From Squalus acanthias (lineage: Eukaryota), in NCBI GenBank assembly GCA_030390025.1, contig CM059432.1, positions 134,480,001-134,544,000 of the forward strand: 64,000 nt of DNA, read 5' to 3'. The notes beneath the pieces are model-generated. The model had not been told where the DNA came from. It saw only the letters and a list, made by a program, of their open reading frames with translations, and made no database searches. The translations under genes were made by a program, and so were the position numbers. Shown here one piece after another: positions 24,331 through 36,550 of this stretch; the first letter of the stretch is position 1; each line of letters opens with the position of its first letter.

Positions 24331-26098
24331 GGACTGAATTTTGCCGGTGCTCAGAGGGCGGATTCGGAGGCGGGTCCGCTGTCATAATAGAAAAGATTGA
24401 CAGTAGGTAGGGAACCCGCTGTCAACCCGCCTCCAAGCGAGTCTCCTAGGTGTCGGGTCTGTCGGCGCTGAGCAGACCCGACACCAAGCGGCGGGGGAGG
24501 TAATTGACATGATTAAATGGATTTTTCACATCCAATTAACTGTTATTTTAAGCCTACATTTCAATTTTACATGCTCCCCCATGGCTTACCCGCTGCTCGG
24601 GGAACACGTCAACTCAGCATGTCATGAGTGGATTCAGCATTGAATTATCTCATGGCCTGACAGCTGCCAAAGTTGTATAAAAGATCCCATGTTACAGCTG
24701 TTCACTTTCAAAGTTCAGAAGCTGTTGCTTACTGCATTTGGAAGACATATTGAGCTTTCTGCAGCTTGCAAGTGTTTGGAGCAAACTCTCTATCCAGTGC
24801 CATCACATTGGAACAACCTCTCTCACCATTGACAGATCGCTTCTGTCATCTCAACCTCACCTGCCATCTCAAGCTCACCTGCCATCTATTCCATCAGCAT
24901 CGTTGCCCTTGAAAATATCTCACCTTGGTCCTCAGAATTCCATCAAGATCAGCCCCAACACCAGCATCACCGGGCACACCAGCAGCAACAACAACAACAC
25001 CAACCTTCTTCAACTGATACTGCACAGGACACAAAGCATCAGCACTCGACCACATTGCTGCCGCGGACGCCAAGGATGGTCTCACCATGGCCAGATTTAC
25101 TTCTCTTGATGCTGTACACCCTGGATACTACATGATGCACCAGGTTGGCATCATCCCACACCAACACCATAAAGCATCCCTACAATGCCCAAGCCATTCC
25201 TTTCACATTCGTAACCACTGCGGGGGGGGGGGGTCGGGGGGGTGGTACCGTTATGTCTCACCATTCACTGCAACTCACTAAGTCACTTCCAAAGGTGCAC
25301 ACAAATCTGTCCAAGAATGCAAAGTGCTGAAAGTAAAGGTTTCAATGTTTGACAGCACATTCACAGAAACTTCACATGAATACTGGCTAAAACACACAAG
25401 TGCCTACCCTTGTGTGTTGTTAGTTGGTATGATTGGACTAGGATGAGGGTGAGTGTGAGGGGTGGCTAGTGAGATGGGGAAGTGATAATGTAGATAGAGA
25501 GGGATGGGTGGAGGTGCAAGGTAAGTTGGTGTGAGTAAAGATGTGCAGGAGTAGAGAAGGGAAGGCAGAGTGATGGGGATGTGATGAGTGGCACAGCAGG
25601 ATGAGGTTGAGCGTGGCTTGGCAGTAACATTTCGTGATCTACTGAAATCATTGATAGGCTTGCGCTACTGAAGCCTGGTCCTCCTGACAACATCCCTGCT
25701 TGTGCCCTCCTGTGCAATGTGCAACCAGGCTACATTGATCTCCTGGGGAGGTCTCTTCCACTCATTGGAAGGGATAAGCATATGGATGGAGTCATGGGAG
25801 AGCCTGGGTGCAGCTGTGCACCTTTGTGCAGTGCATGTCAGCATTTGCAGCACCTCAATGCTGTAGAACACTGACAGCACAACTGTCAAAATCAATTTGG
25901 CCGTGGTCCCTTTAAGGAAACCGGTTGATGACACATCATCAAATGACGTCATCAGACCCACTTCCTTTTAATTGGCTGGGAACCTCGCAGGGCGGGCTTA
26001 ACAAGCCTTATTAATGTAAAATCACTTGGAGAGTGCGGGCTGCGGTCGGCAGCGGGATGGGACCGCGACACCGACCCCGGCCGGCAAAATCGCAGCCC
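24331..26098. mobile_element. Harbinger deletion derivative with a Myb remnant on the minus strand
   Basis: TIRs GGACTGAATTTTGCCGG and CCGGCAAAATCGCAGCCC. The remnant reads AAPRLSHDS..KRPPQEINVAWLHIA. Confidence 0.7.
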
Positions 26099-27335
26099 CA
26101 GTCATCCTTTTCTCTATGTCATTACATCCCTCCTATATACCAGAGGAAAGTGTTAAGAATTGTGCAGGTGGTAACAGGCTTGGGTGAGGACCCAGACTGT
26201 GAGTTTAAGATTTTGAATCAGTACCGAATGGGATTCAATAGAAAACATCAGAAATTGAAAATTAGTTTAGGTGAAAAGGATAAATAGTTTTTGAGAGAAT
26301 AAAGAAGAAAGGGAAGCTCATGTCTCTTTTCTACTGATTTACAGGGGTTTTTTTTTGTTTTCAGTGTGAATGTTAATGCCTTTTTAAAAAGCATGTGTGA
26401 ATGTTACTGTGGCTGTGGCTCCTTCCTCTTTTTCAAGCTGTAATGTGTGTTGAGTCTAAATGAAATTGGAGTTATTGAGGTTAACTTACCTATTAAATTG
26501 TGAAAACCAGACTTTTATTGTGGCCACGGTGAAATTCCGGTTGGTGTAAATTGTGTGAAAGCCTCTAGTTCCGGACATGAGTCATTCACATCAATAATTG
26601 GCATTTTTGAATTTCGGACCTATTTCACTTGAGGTGACTGTTTATTCATATTAGTGATATTGGAATGTGTGACCAGGGGGCAAAAAGGGGGAATGCTATT
26701 GCTGTGTGTATGATAACGATCTGGAATTGTTTCACAGAATGTTTATAGTTGTAAAAGTAACAGTTTTTTTTTTATATATATCAAAAGTTTTTTAATTTAT
26801 TTGAAAGCTGCGAGAAGCTGTGTGACACAAGCTGGCATTGGTTGATGATGTCTGGGTTTGTCTTCTTTTGAAATGCAAAAAAAAAGTTAACTGTTTTCAC
26901 AAACAGCTGTGAACTCTGTTTTAATTCACTAAGCAACAACTTTTGCATTACTGAATGTAAACAATTTTGGACATTATTACATTTTAAGTTTTTTAATTTG
27001 AGTGGATGTTTCCCCACAGTGATAGAAGGGAATCAGGAATTGGTGAATTAACCCATTGGGCTGTCAGGAGCCGCAATGGATTTTCTGTTTTTCCTTTTAA
27101 GTAAAGGACGATATGAGTGTTGATGGTGCAAGATTACCAGAGTGATTCTTCGATCTTGAACTTTGCTGGAAAAGTGCAGTGGGAGCTCTAGTACTGTTCA
27201 GAATTTAAGTTCTTATCTGCAGACATCGATGGATCTTGCATGTCGCAGCATGGTCACAAAATTGGACTTAAGACTTTAACCTACTGGGATTGTTTGTTAT
27301 GTTCCAAGACACATTCCTTGAGGATGGAAGATAAA

Positions 27336-28006
27336 GGGGGGAAAATTGGGTTGGTTTGCGCCTTCCCTAGTGCCCGGGTGTGGCACCGCTAATGCCTCCC
27401 GCAAAATTCAGCGGGAGGTTAGCAGCGGCGGTAGCCAGTAGCGCCCCGGCCGCAAACTTTCCTTGCGCCCCTGACATATCGCCGCACGATATGTGCGACA
27501 GGATCGGGGGTGGTTTGGCAGCGGCGGCGGCGCAAGTTAAAGGGCAGGTATTGGGCGGCCATTTTTATTTTGGCCGACTGCCAGCACCTGCCCCCTTTCG
27601 CTTTTTATGCGGGGTGCCGGCCGCGATCGCTCAGACCAGCACTCCTCTTGAGTGCCGGGCTGTTTTCATGGCACCCTGCTCGCCGGTGGTCTAGCGAGGC
27701 CCCGGTGTGCGCAGCACTAGGCCCCTCCCCTTTAATCAGGGGAGGGGGGTCTGCAATGACGCAGCGCTATGTGTCGCCGCGTGTGGCGCTGTTGCACGTA
27801 GTGCCGCGAAATTCAGTAGTAGCGCCCCAAGCAGGAGGCGGAGCGCTTTCCAGTAGCGCCCCACCTCCTGCTTGGGGCGCTACCACTGAATTTACGGCGG
27901 ACGGCGGTGGTTGGGGGGGGGGGGGCGCTAACTTTTTTCAGGTGCTAAAATTAGCGCCCCGGCGACCTTTGCACCCCAAAATGGGTGCCACCCAATTTTT
28001 TACCCC
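27336..28006. mobile_element. Harbinger-type GC-rich MITE
   Basis: TIRs GGGGGGAAAATTGGG and CCCAATTTTTTACCCC with TSD AAA. Homologous to 46655-51451 and 52504-53253. Confidence 0.85.
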
Positions 28007-30634
28007 AAAGGACTTACATCTAAATGCGATTACTACTTTTGTCTTCTTTGTAAAATCACAAAGCCTGGACATAATTTGTTTGTGAAATTAAAATTGATTA
28101 GATAAATTGATATGAGTTGCTGTTCAAGCACATGGGAAGGGAAATTTATCTGAAATTTAAGGGGATAATCACATTTTATTTTTGAAAAGATCCAATCTAT
28201 GTGGTTCCGTCCAAACTGTGTGTTAAGAAAGAAGTTTTTTGGCGGGAGGTAACTGACATCCCTCATCTTGTTAACTGAATTGCTCTCTGGAATTACAATA
28301 TTTTGAGGAATAAAAGGTCCAATAAGAGTTAAGTAGAATGAACAAAAGTGTGTTGATAACTTGGGAACTTTGTTAAATGGTAATGATCATATTGTATTGG
28401 ATGGTAAAGTTTCTCCAGGGCTCCTGAATGAGATGAAATGGTAATATAATGAGAATTTTTCTAAAATCATTTTCCTAGGTGATTGTAGGTGAATTTCAGG
28501 AACTCAGACAGGAGTTAGGAAAAGATGTGCGAGTACATTCCTGAGTAACATAAAACACATGGGCATGATTCATGAAAGGATTTTCAATTTGGTATTGATG
28601 TACATTCTATTGAAATTCAGGAAATTGTAGGTGAGAATCATTAATTGATAGGGTTCTCTTGGAGATGTTTGTGTCTTTGCCTATACTGAACAATGAGGAA
28701 AATGTATTTGATAGCCTGGCCACTACCCTAGACAATGGGACCATGCAGGAAGAGATGAGAAAAGACCTCCGATCTTCTGAAAAGATAACTTAAATGCCCA
28801 GGAATGGCTTGTATCTGATGTCAAGTGTGGTATGATATTGGGATACGTGATATGTTGTGCATGAGGCAACTAGCATGCAGAAATGCATGGTGAAGATGCA
28901 CTGAAGAACGGGTCTCAGACATGCTCAGTTATTTGACAACAGCACGACATGAAATGGTTAATGCGGCTCAGGGGAGTGAGGCAACTTTTAAAGGCACTGA
29001 CACATATTCCATAGTGAAACTGACTTTTTAATGAGACAATATAAAGTTAAATGCACTGGTACCTTCAGAGGGATTGAAATTAAAGAGGGACATAGAATTT
29101 GGATTTCTAAAATTCAGGGTGGAGATCACAATGAAATTGGAATAACTTAAAGCTAGTGGGAAATAATACTTAGCAAGAATATCCACAAGATGCATAACGG
29201 AAAGGAGAGCTGGGGAATCTTTTAAGTTCATGATTAGCATTCTGTACAATGTTTTATGATATTAAATGACTGACAGTGTATATGATGTAATGCTGACGTT
29301 GAAAAGGGGACATCTACCTTTGGAAATCATGAATAGTGGATGCAAGTTAAAACATAGTTCAGCACTTATGGACTAGAATTATACTGTATAAACAGTTTAC
29401 CTCATTATATGAGCATGCATTGAATAAGAACTAAAAAGTGGTGGATATGTTGGACATCTTGGGGTGTTCAGGGTTAACAGTCAAACTTCTTTGTATCTTG
29501 GATTAACAGGCTTCAAGGCTTTCTGATATAAACAGGATGACTTTGAAGTGTCGTAAAAGGAATGCATTACTTGTTTTCTGAGATGTAAAGTGCTTGTGTA
29601 AGGGAATAAGTGTTAGTAATGACGTCACTCATGAGCAGTTTAGTTTTAGGGTAATAAACAGGTTAGTAGGGATCCATTAGATACAGATAGCAGTTGGTAA
29701 AGCTTTTACTTCAAAGATACTAGCAACTGTTACGTCAGGAAGTATCGTGTAGGGGGTCATTCTGGGGTAAACAATTGCAAACTGTTTACATGGATTTTCT
29801 GTTTTCAAAGGATTTAGGGAATAGATATTCTGTTTTCAAAGGATTTGGGAAATAGATACATCTTACAGGCTTATCTATGACATTTTCCTTTGATGTAGTC
29901 AAAATATGGTGTATAAAGGATCATGGTCTTCAACAGTAACTCAGAGTGTGCTCGAAAGATACAGGAAAAAGTCACTCTCCCTATACAGCTAAAGCTGATC
30001 ACCTTTACTGTGTATCAATAAAGTCTGTTCCGTATACTCCATTACAAAGTCTCGTGCTTACTTGAAATGTGTTGTTGTGCACCAGAGGAGAAAGGAGGTT
30101 GACTGCCTTTAAAAGACATACCTCTTTGCTCCTTTCTAATATCTCCTTCTTGGGTTCAACATCCATTTTTCTGATTATGCCTCTGTGAAGCACCTCGAGA
30201 TGTTTATATACATTAAAGGCGCAATATAAATACAAGTTGATGTTGTTGACATCAATTTTCAAATAAAAAAACAGATGTCACTGGAGGAAACGATACCCTA
30301 TTACATCATCAAACACCAGGTTATTAATAATAAATCTTAATTTTGCTTGGGTGTTATGGTATTTACCATCTCTGAGATACTCATTAGCAACTATCATAGA
30401 TGAGAAGTATTATAAGGTCTTCCAGTGTGATGTTACTGCTCTATTATTATCCTAGATTTCTAAATGCAAATAATTATCTATCAACTATGCAACGTTTATT
30501 AAGAATTTTAAATGTAACAACATCTTTGTGGGAATGTGATTGTTTTTACAATCAAAAGAGGCAATTGAAAATTTTGGATTGCTGAGGTTTAGAAAGTTGT
30601 TATTTTCAACTCTCTTTTGTAACCTGATGTGATG

Positions 30635-31303
30635 CGGGCGGGATTTTAACTGCCAACAGGTTTCCAGTGGGAAACCAGTGGTTTCAGTTAGATTCTCGCC
30701 CATTCGCCCGCAGCAGAATGAGGCCACAGTGATTTTAACCGCTGGGCCTCATTAACTTGCCGCCAGCCCACTTTCATCCCATTCCAGGTGGGAGTTAAGC
30801 AGAGAGCAGCTGCCAGTTTGCAGAAAATCCGGCAGCCATTGGCTGTCCTCCAACACTTAGGTAAGTCTGGGGTCTGGGATTCCGAGGGGTATCGTGATAC
30901 AGAAGGTGGGTGGGGGAAGGAAGAGTTCTTGTGGGGCCTGAAGGAGCACTCCTTCTCCTCCTGGTCCCACAAGGGAAAGTAAAAAACTTACCTTGAATGG
31001 CCTCTTCTGCTTCCAGTCCTCTTTTCATTTGGCTTCACCTGGTGGGAAGGACTCAGCAACTTCCCCACTCAGATCAGAGCCAAAATTGGGGTTGGACCCC
31101 GATGATGTCATCGGACCCCGATCTGCATATTTAAAGAAGGGCCCTGCTGGTTTCAGGCGGGTGTCTTTGCCACCTGCTCAGAAGAGCAGGTTAAAATTGA
31201 AGACGGCAGGATTCAGACGGGACATCGATTGGTAAGTCATCCGGGAGATTTTAACTGGCTGCTCGCCAGGTTTCTGCTGGGCGGGTAGGGTTAAAATCAA
31301 ACC
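30635..31303. mobile_element. Harbinger-type MITE
   Basis: TIRs GGGCGGGATTTTAAC and GTTAAAATCAAACCC. Confidence 0.65.
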
Positions 31304-31504
31304 CAATGTCTCGATCCACTCTTCTGAAAAAACAGCTAAGTTGATCATTAAAACAGCAATCCATTTTGAGGACTTGGTGGTGGAGTGCATTAGCACATTC
31401 TACCACTTGCTAGGATACCAGGATTTAGTCGCCTGTCTTGCCTGATAGTCACCCGAAGGTGGCAAGTTGCTGAAATCAGTCGGGTAGTCAGGCACAGCAT
31501 GACC

Positions 31505-33345
31505 CAACTGAAACCCATAACTGTCAGGAGAGCGGGAGGATGTTATAAAGATAGGTAGGAGTGAGGCCATGAAGGGATTTAAACATAAGGATGAGTATTT
31601 TAAAATTGAGGATATTGGGGGACCAGGAGCCAATGTAGATCAGCAAGGACAGGCGTGATGGGCGAGCGAGACTTGGTGCAGGATAGGATACGTGCAGCAG
31701 AGGTTTGGATGAGCTGAAGTTTACAGAGGGTGGAGAGTGGTAGACCAGCCAATAGAACATTGGAATAATTAAATCTAGAGACGACAAAGGCATGGATGAG
31801 GGTTTCAGTGGCAGATGGGCTGAGGGAGGGGCAGAGGCAGGCAATATTTGCAGGTGGAAGTAAGCATTCTTTGGGGGCGATTTTCCCACTGGAGGCGGGT
31901 TTCAGTTTGGGTGGGTTTGAAACCCGCCTCCACTGATAGGTTTCAAAAATTTGCGATTTTCCCATGATTGGCCACTTGATTTCAGAGGTGTGGGATGCCC
32001 TTGGTCAATTAGTGTTTTGGGACTGAAACTCGCCTCTGTTGACAGCACTTTTCCAGTCTGATTTTTTTATGGCTTCTTGCTCCCTTGGCTCATTCCACAG
32101 CATTTCTGCGTCTCCTGCACCACCTCCAACATCTTTTGAGAAACCACTATGTCCAATTCCAAGGCAAGGGCCTACCCGAGGCTCTCGGATGAGGCGCTGC
32201 AAATGTTGTTTGAGGAGGTGACAGCTAGCATGGAGGTGCTCTTCCACTCATCTCGGAGGAAGAGGCCTGCCAAAGAAACCAAGGCTGTGTGGGTACAGCT
32301 GGCAAGGGATATAACCTCCAGATCTGTGTGCAGATTGGGAGACTGTTTCTGTGTATTGACGAAATGCCATCCCTGTTGAAAAGCATTAAAATGATTTGAA
32401 GCCAAAATGTTGGCGTTATGCCATCTGTTCTCTCACCTTAGGCAGCTCCACATTGCGGGCACCTCCACACTTGCGTTGTCAGGTTGGTGGCCTGAGTGAA
32501 AGGAGGCCAGAGAGTCCATTGTCAATGATGTCCTAGGATGGAGCAAAGGACATGTGCCAACTTGAGCAATCTATGCAAATCTGGCCATGATATGTTCATC
32601 CCATGCATCCCGGGCTCTGACCTCCTCTTCCTCCTCCTCTTCCAGATCCTCCTCCTCCTCATCCTCATCTGAGGTCCATGCAGAAAGAAAACGAATGGTT
32701 CCCATACTGCTTGTAGATGCCTCCTTTGAGGAAGCGCTCATTGCAAGTGGGAAGAGGGTCTTCCAAGGAGGTCCCACAGTTGATGGAGTCAAGCTGCAGC
32801 ACCTCCGACTTCGGAAGGCCTTCTAAAAGTGCCGAGACCTTTAAAAGCCAAGGTCTGGCACCTGCAAGTAATCCTTGCTGCAATAAACGATGTCTTGTTA
32901 GACCTGCAGCAGTGAGGAGGCCACCCACGAGTCAACCTGCCAGGTTTACCTGGCGTGGTTTAGGAGGTGCGTGGATCTCACCGAAAAGCTGGAAAAATCA
33001 CAAGGGCCTCTCAAAATAGGCTTAGAGAGGCCCTTAACGAGCATTTAAGGATCTTTAATAGCGCAATGGCCAGCTGGAGGCGGGAGCGTTTCCCGACCTC
33101 CAAAACCGGCACTGGCAAAATCCCATGGAGGCGAGTTGGAGGCGGGTTCCAAACCCGACCTCTTTGAATCTGATTTTCCCGCCTCCAAACCCGCCTCCTC
33201 CGACGTCAGAAAATCGCCCCCTTTGTGATGGAGAATGTATGAGGTTGGAGGTTCAGCTCAGGATCAAATAGGTCAGCGAGACTGCAAATAGTCTGGTTCA
33301 GCCTGAGACAATGGTCAGGGAAGGGGATGGCAATGGCAGCAAAGA
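31505..33345 (-). mobile_element. L2 fragment split by the Harbinger at 31873-33221
   Basis: ETLIHAFVVSRFNYSN and ITPVLADLHWL; the L2 sequence resumes after 33224. Confidence 0.75.
31873..33221. mobile_element. Harbinger internal-deletion derivative with Myb (+) and probable transposase (-) remnants
   Basis: TIRs GGGGGCGATTTTC and GAAAATCGCCCCC with TSD TTT. The ORF MSNSKARAYPRLSDEALQML..VWVQLARDITS is Myb-like, and an acidic C-terminal remnant lies on the minus strand. Confidence 0.85.
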
Positions 33346-33348
33346 TAT

Positions 33349-33985
33349 GGGGCCAGATTTTGCTGGAGTGGGGCATCTCACAGCGTGCCCTGTTAGTTTA
33401 CTAAGGTTTTAAAAAATTTTGCCCACAAAGTTGCTGGAAGTGCGAGCTGATAACGGCTCAACATGGGCAACAGGGCATCTGTGACCTTGGTGAACAACAG
33501 GACGAACAGGGTATCTCCTTAACCAATGAAATTTAAGAATTGAGAAATATAGAGAGGAAGGACTGAGAAGGCGGGTGAATTAGAGTGGGTAAATTCAATG
33601 TCAAATTAGGTACAGAAAGAGAAATAAAGGGAGGGAAAGAAAGACTGGATTAAGAGAGAGAGAAAGAAGAGACAGAAGGGAAAAGTAAGAAAAAAAAATC
33701 ATTTTAAATTTGACATTCTTCACTTTCTGGGCCAGAGAGGTTGATTGGCAGTCATTAACAATGATCACATCGTTAAGTGTATTTACGAGGCTAATTGCTA
33801 GATTTAACATTCTGAGATGAGTTTAATGGGCAATTAATGTGCAAATGCAGCAATTTCATGAAACTCACAATGAGGTTAAGGGCAAGATGTCGTTTTCGCG
33901 AAGCTAATGGAGGAGCAGCGCAAATCGTCCAGCAACTTGTGGCATTTCGCAATTAATGGGATATCTCTTCCTCGCTACCTTTTGC
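33349..33985. mobile_element. Probable Harbinger-type MITE fragment
   Basis: Starts GGGGCCAGATTTTGC like related TIRs; right end not evident. Confidence 0.4.
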
Positions 33986-34175
33986 TATGGCACACCTATG
34001 GGGGGTGAGGAGGGGGAGAATGAGGCGTAGAGGTTAGAATGGTTTCATGAGGAATGTAGCTCACAGTGTCACTATCAGGAGTGAGGGTTGCATGATATGG
34101 TTCACCGACAGTCAATGAAGGGTACAACAGGAGGAGAAGCAGAATGCCCATGATTAACATCTCAACTGGCACATA

Positions 34176-35016
34176 GGGCTGGATTTTCTCAATGGGGAGC
34201 TTTTGGAGACGGGACTCCCACTTGTCGGGTTTTAGTCCCGCCTCCATCGACTTGTGGCCAACCCATGCTATTTTCCCTTGATTGATCTTGTTAAGCCCGC
34301 CCAGCGGGCTTAGCAGGCCAATTAAGGGAAAGCCGGTTACTGGTGACGTCAGCGAGTGACGTTTCATCTGTCAAGGGCTTTTGACAGATGAAATATCATC
34401 ATTTGACAGCTCTGTGAAGCTGTCAAACACGGACAATCTGTCTTTTAAGTTGAGCCCTTCCACTCAGGCTCACTTGATCTCTCCTGAGCAGAAAGCAGAA
34501 GGCTGCAGCTTTTGACAGTTCAGCGGCCATTCTGCTTTCTGTGCCGGTGAGCTGAGGGACTCCTGACACCTGAAGGGATGAAGCCTGCAGGAAGAAGTAA
34601 AGGTAAGTAAAACTTATTAAAACACTTTACACTCAACTCACACACTCACCTCTCCACACTTGCACCCATCACTAACCTGCACACTGGGCATCTCGACCCC
34701 TCCGACCCCCGCAGACCGACGGTCCGCCTCGCTGACCCTGGCGTGGTTCGGAGCCGTCGGGAAGCCCACACTTCAGGGCTGAAAATAGGGATTGGCCAAA
34801 AAACTGTCTGTTAACTACCTGTTAACAGGCAGTTAATTGGCACTAATCCCCTTCCCGCCTCGGGGAGGCGGCTCCCAGTGCGGGTCGGGTACCCGTCTCC
34901 TGGGAAGATGGCACGGAGGCGGGTTGGGGGCGGGATGGGTACCCGCTCCCAGATTCTGCCATTTTCCCGGCAGTCCCGCCTCCTTACCCGCCTCCCCAGG
35001 GCTGGCAAGATCGCCC
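34176..35016. mobile_element. Probable Harbinger-type non-autonomous element
   Basis: Termini GGGCTGGATTTTC and CAAGATCGCCCC, with GC-rich subterminal regions and internal palindromes. Confidence 0.55.
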
Positions 35017-35479
35017 CCACATTTCCCTGCTTTCCCCTTTTCTAATATTCTCAATGGCCTCTCTCCCTAAGATGTGCAGGGATTCCTCCTCATAGGGAAT
35101 TAGTGGTCTGGGCTTAGGGAGGGCCGACATCTTCCTGCTTTTAACCTACAAAAAGAAAACCAAAAGGACCAAATAACCTTCGGTTACCATCATGACATGG
35201 AGTAACATCTAGGTGTCAACATGCAACCTGTATCACATTTAAGGATTGGTGCTTGCAACAAGCAATTACATGTGATTTAATGCAAGTCTTTTTGTGGGGT
35301 GAATGCATCTCAGGATATAACCATGAAGGAGCACTTCCAGGTGAAGGCTGTAGGTGTAAAGGGCACCACACTACCTCACAGTCACTGCTGGTAAACAATT
35401 GATGTACTTTAACACATGAAGGGATGTCATTATAAGTGGCAAACATTCATAGCATAGTGCATTCTTGCAAGGTGTGGCT

Positions 35480-35680
35480 AACTCCTGTTACCTTGCTTGA
35501 GCTGATAAGGTCATTAAATTCCATCCTGCACCAAGAGGCAATGCATAGGGATCATGAAATTTGCACTGACTGCTTTGGCCACCTTCCTTCCAATGGGCCT
35601 GAGCTACCCTCATTTGGGCCCTCTGCCTTCCTGTTCCAAAAAGCACTACTTCCTGTTGCTAACCTCCTACAGGAACCTTT
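35480..35680 (-). pseudogene. Old Harbinger Myb-like remnant
   Basis: Minus-strand reading AKAVSANF...CRMEFNDLISSSKV resembles the CRKKFNDL motif at about 9020. Confidence 0.4.
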
Positions 35681-36288
35681 CTGTATTTGCCTCAGCAAAT
35701 TGGGGGGTAGGCTCTTGTGTTCCGCAGCAGACATTTGAGACACTGTACCAAGCAGATATTTCTTCTGCTTTGTAGCAAAAAGTCTTTGAGTAGTGCCTGC
35801 CCCTTTAAGATAAGCAGCATGCTATTTGCTGCCCTCAAATGGGCAAGCTTCCAATCAGAGGCTATTCCAACACCTGAAGCTTGCCGACATTGTACAAATG
35901 AGACTGACCCCAGAATGTTATAGTGGAATCAGTGCTCGCCATGTCGGATGGGTAGAAGTGCCACCCCATCACACCTCTGGTAGTGATCGCAGACAATCCA
36001 AGTTCATATCTGAAAATGTAGTTTCCATTTTACCTCTGCTGGAATAATGTTAACAAAAGTATAAGTTGTGGATTGAATGGAAAGATCTATAGTTACTGAG
36101 CTTTAATTGAGTCTTTCCAAGCACTACAGCACATTTCCATAACTTTGAAAGATAAAATATATATATATATACACTAGTAGTAAATTGCTCTCAGCATTGC
36201 CCATGGTTAGTTGATGAATGTATGGTTTTTTTCTTGTATGCAAGATGGTGCTGGCGTTGGGAGAGAGACTTAGTAAACTGGTTCTGCA

Positions 36289-36305
36289 GAGCCACCTAGC
36301 GGCCA
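36289..36305 (-). promoter_or_regulatory. CTCF-binding motif candidate
   Basis: Reverse complement TGGCCGCTAGGTGGCTC fits the core CCRCNAGRKGGC. Confidence 0.55.
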
Positions 36306-36325
36306 GAGCCTACAACTACACTGAC

Positions 36326-36550
36326 CATGATGTGGAGATGCCGGTGTTGGACTGGGGTGGACAAAAGTGAGAAGTCGCACAACACCAGGTTATAGTCCAA
36401 CAGTTTTATTTGAAATCACAAGCTTTCGGAGCGGCTGCTCCTTCGTCAGGTGAAGTCTTCACCTGACGAAGGAGCAGCCGCTCCGAAAGCTTGTGATTTC
36501 AAATAAAACTGTTGGACTATAACCTGGTGTTGTGCGACTTCTCACTTTTG
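36326..36550. mobile_element. Penelope-like mini-insertion: inverted pLTR pair plus 35-bp tail, with a 15-bp TSD
   Basis: Perfect inverted repeat 36361-36455 / 36457-36551. TSD TACAACTACACTGAC at 36311-36325 and 36551-36565. Confidence 0.9.
36459..36496 (+). ncRNA. Minimal type I hammerhead ribozyme (mirror copy on the minus strand at 36416-36453)
   Basis: TCAC-CTGACGA-A-GGAGC-agcc-GCTCC-GAAA-GC-TT-GTGA: intact core, stem I and stem II, with palindromic AAGCTT in place of stem III. Confidence 0.75.

Larger units (their letters stand above)
21982..30108 (+). mobile_element. LTR retroelement / ERV-like provirus (5' LTR 21982-23353, 3' LTR 29448 to about 30108), degenerate, no recognisable pol
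   Basis: Two long direct repeats start TGTTGGACATC and the 5' LTR ends AACA. The PBS TGGTGCCGTGAACTCG resembles the tRNA-His complement. A splice donor GTGAGT lies at 23391 and a purine-rich tract precedes the 3' LTR. Confidence 0.85.

Noticed and set aside
27380..28085. GC-rich ORFs or CpG-island promoter (also 51029-51475 and 52578-53036)
   Set aside because: Multi-copy MITE sequence; the ORFs reflect the scarcity of stop codons in GC-rich DNA.
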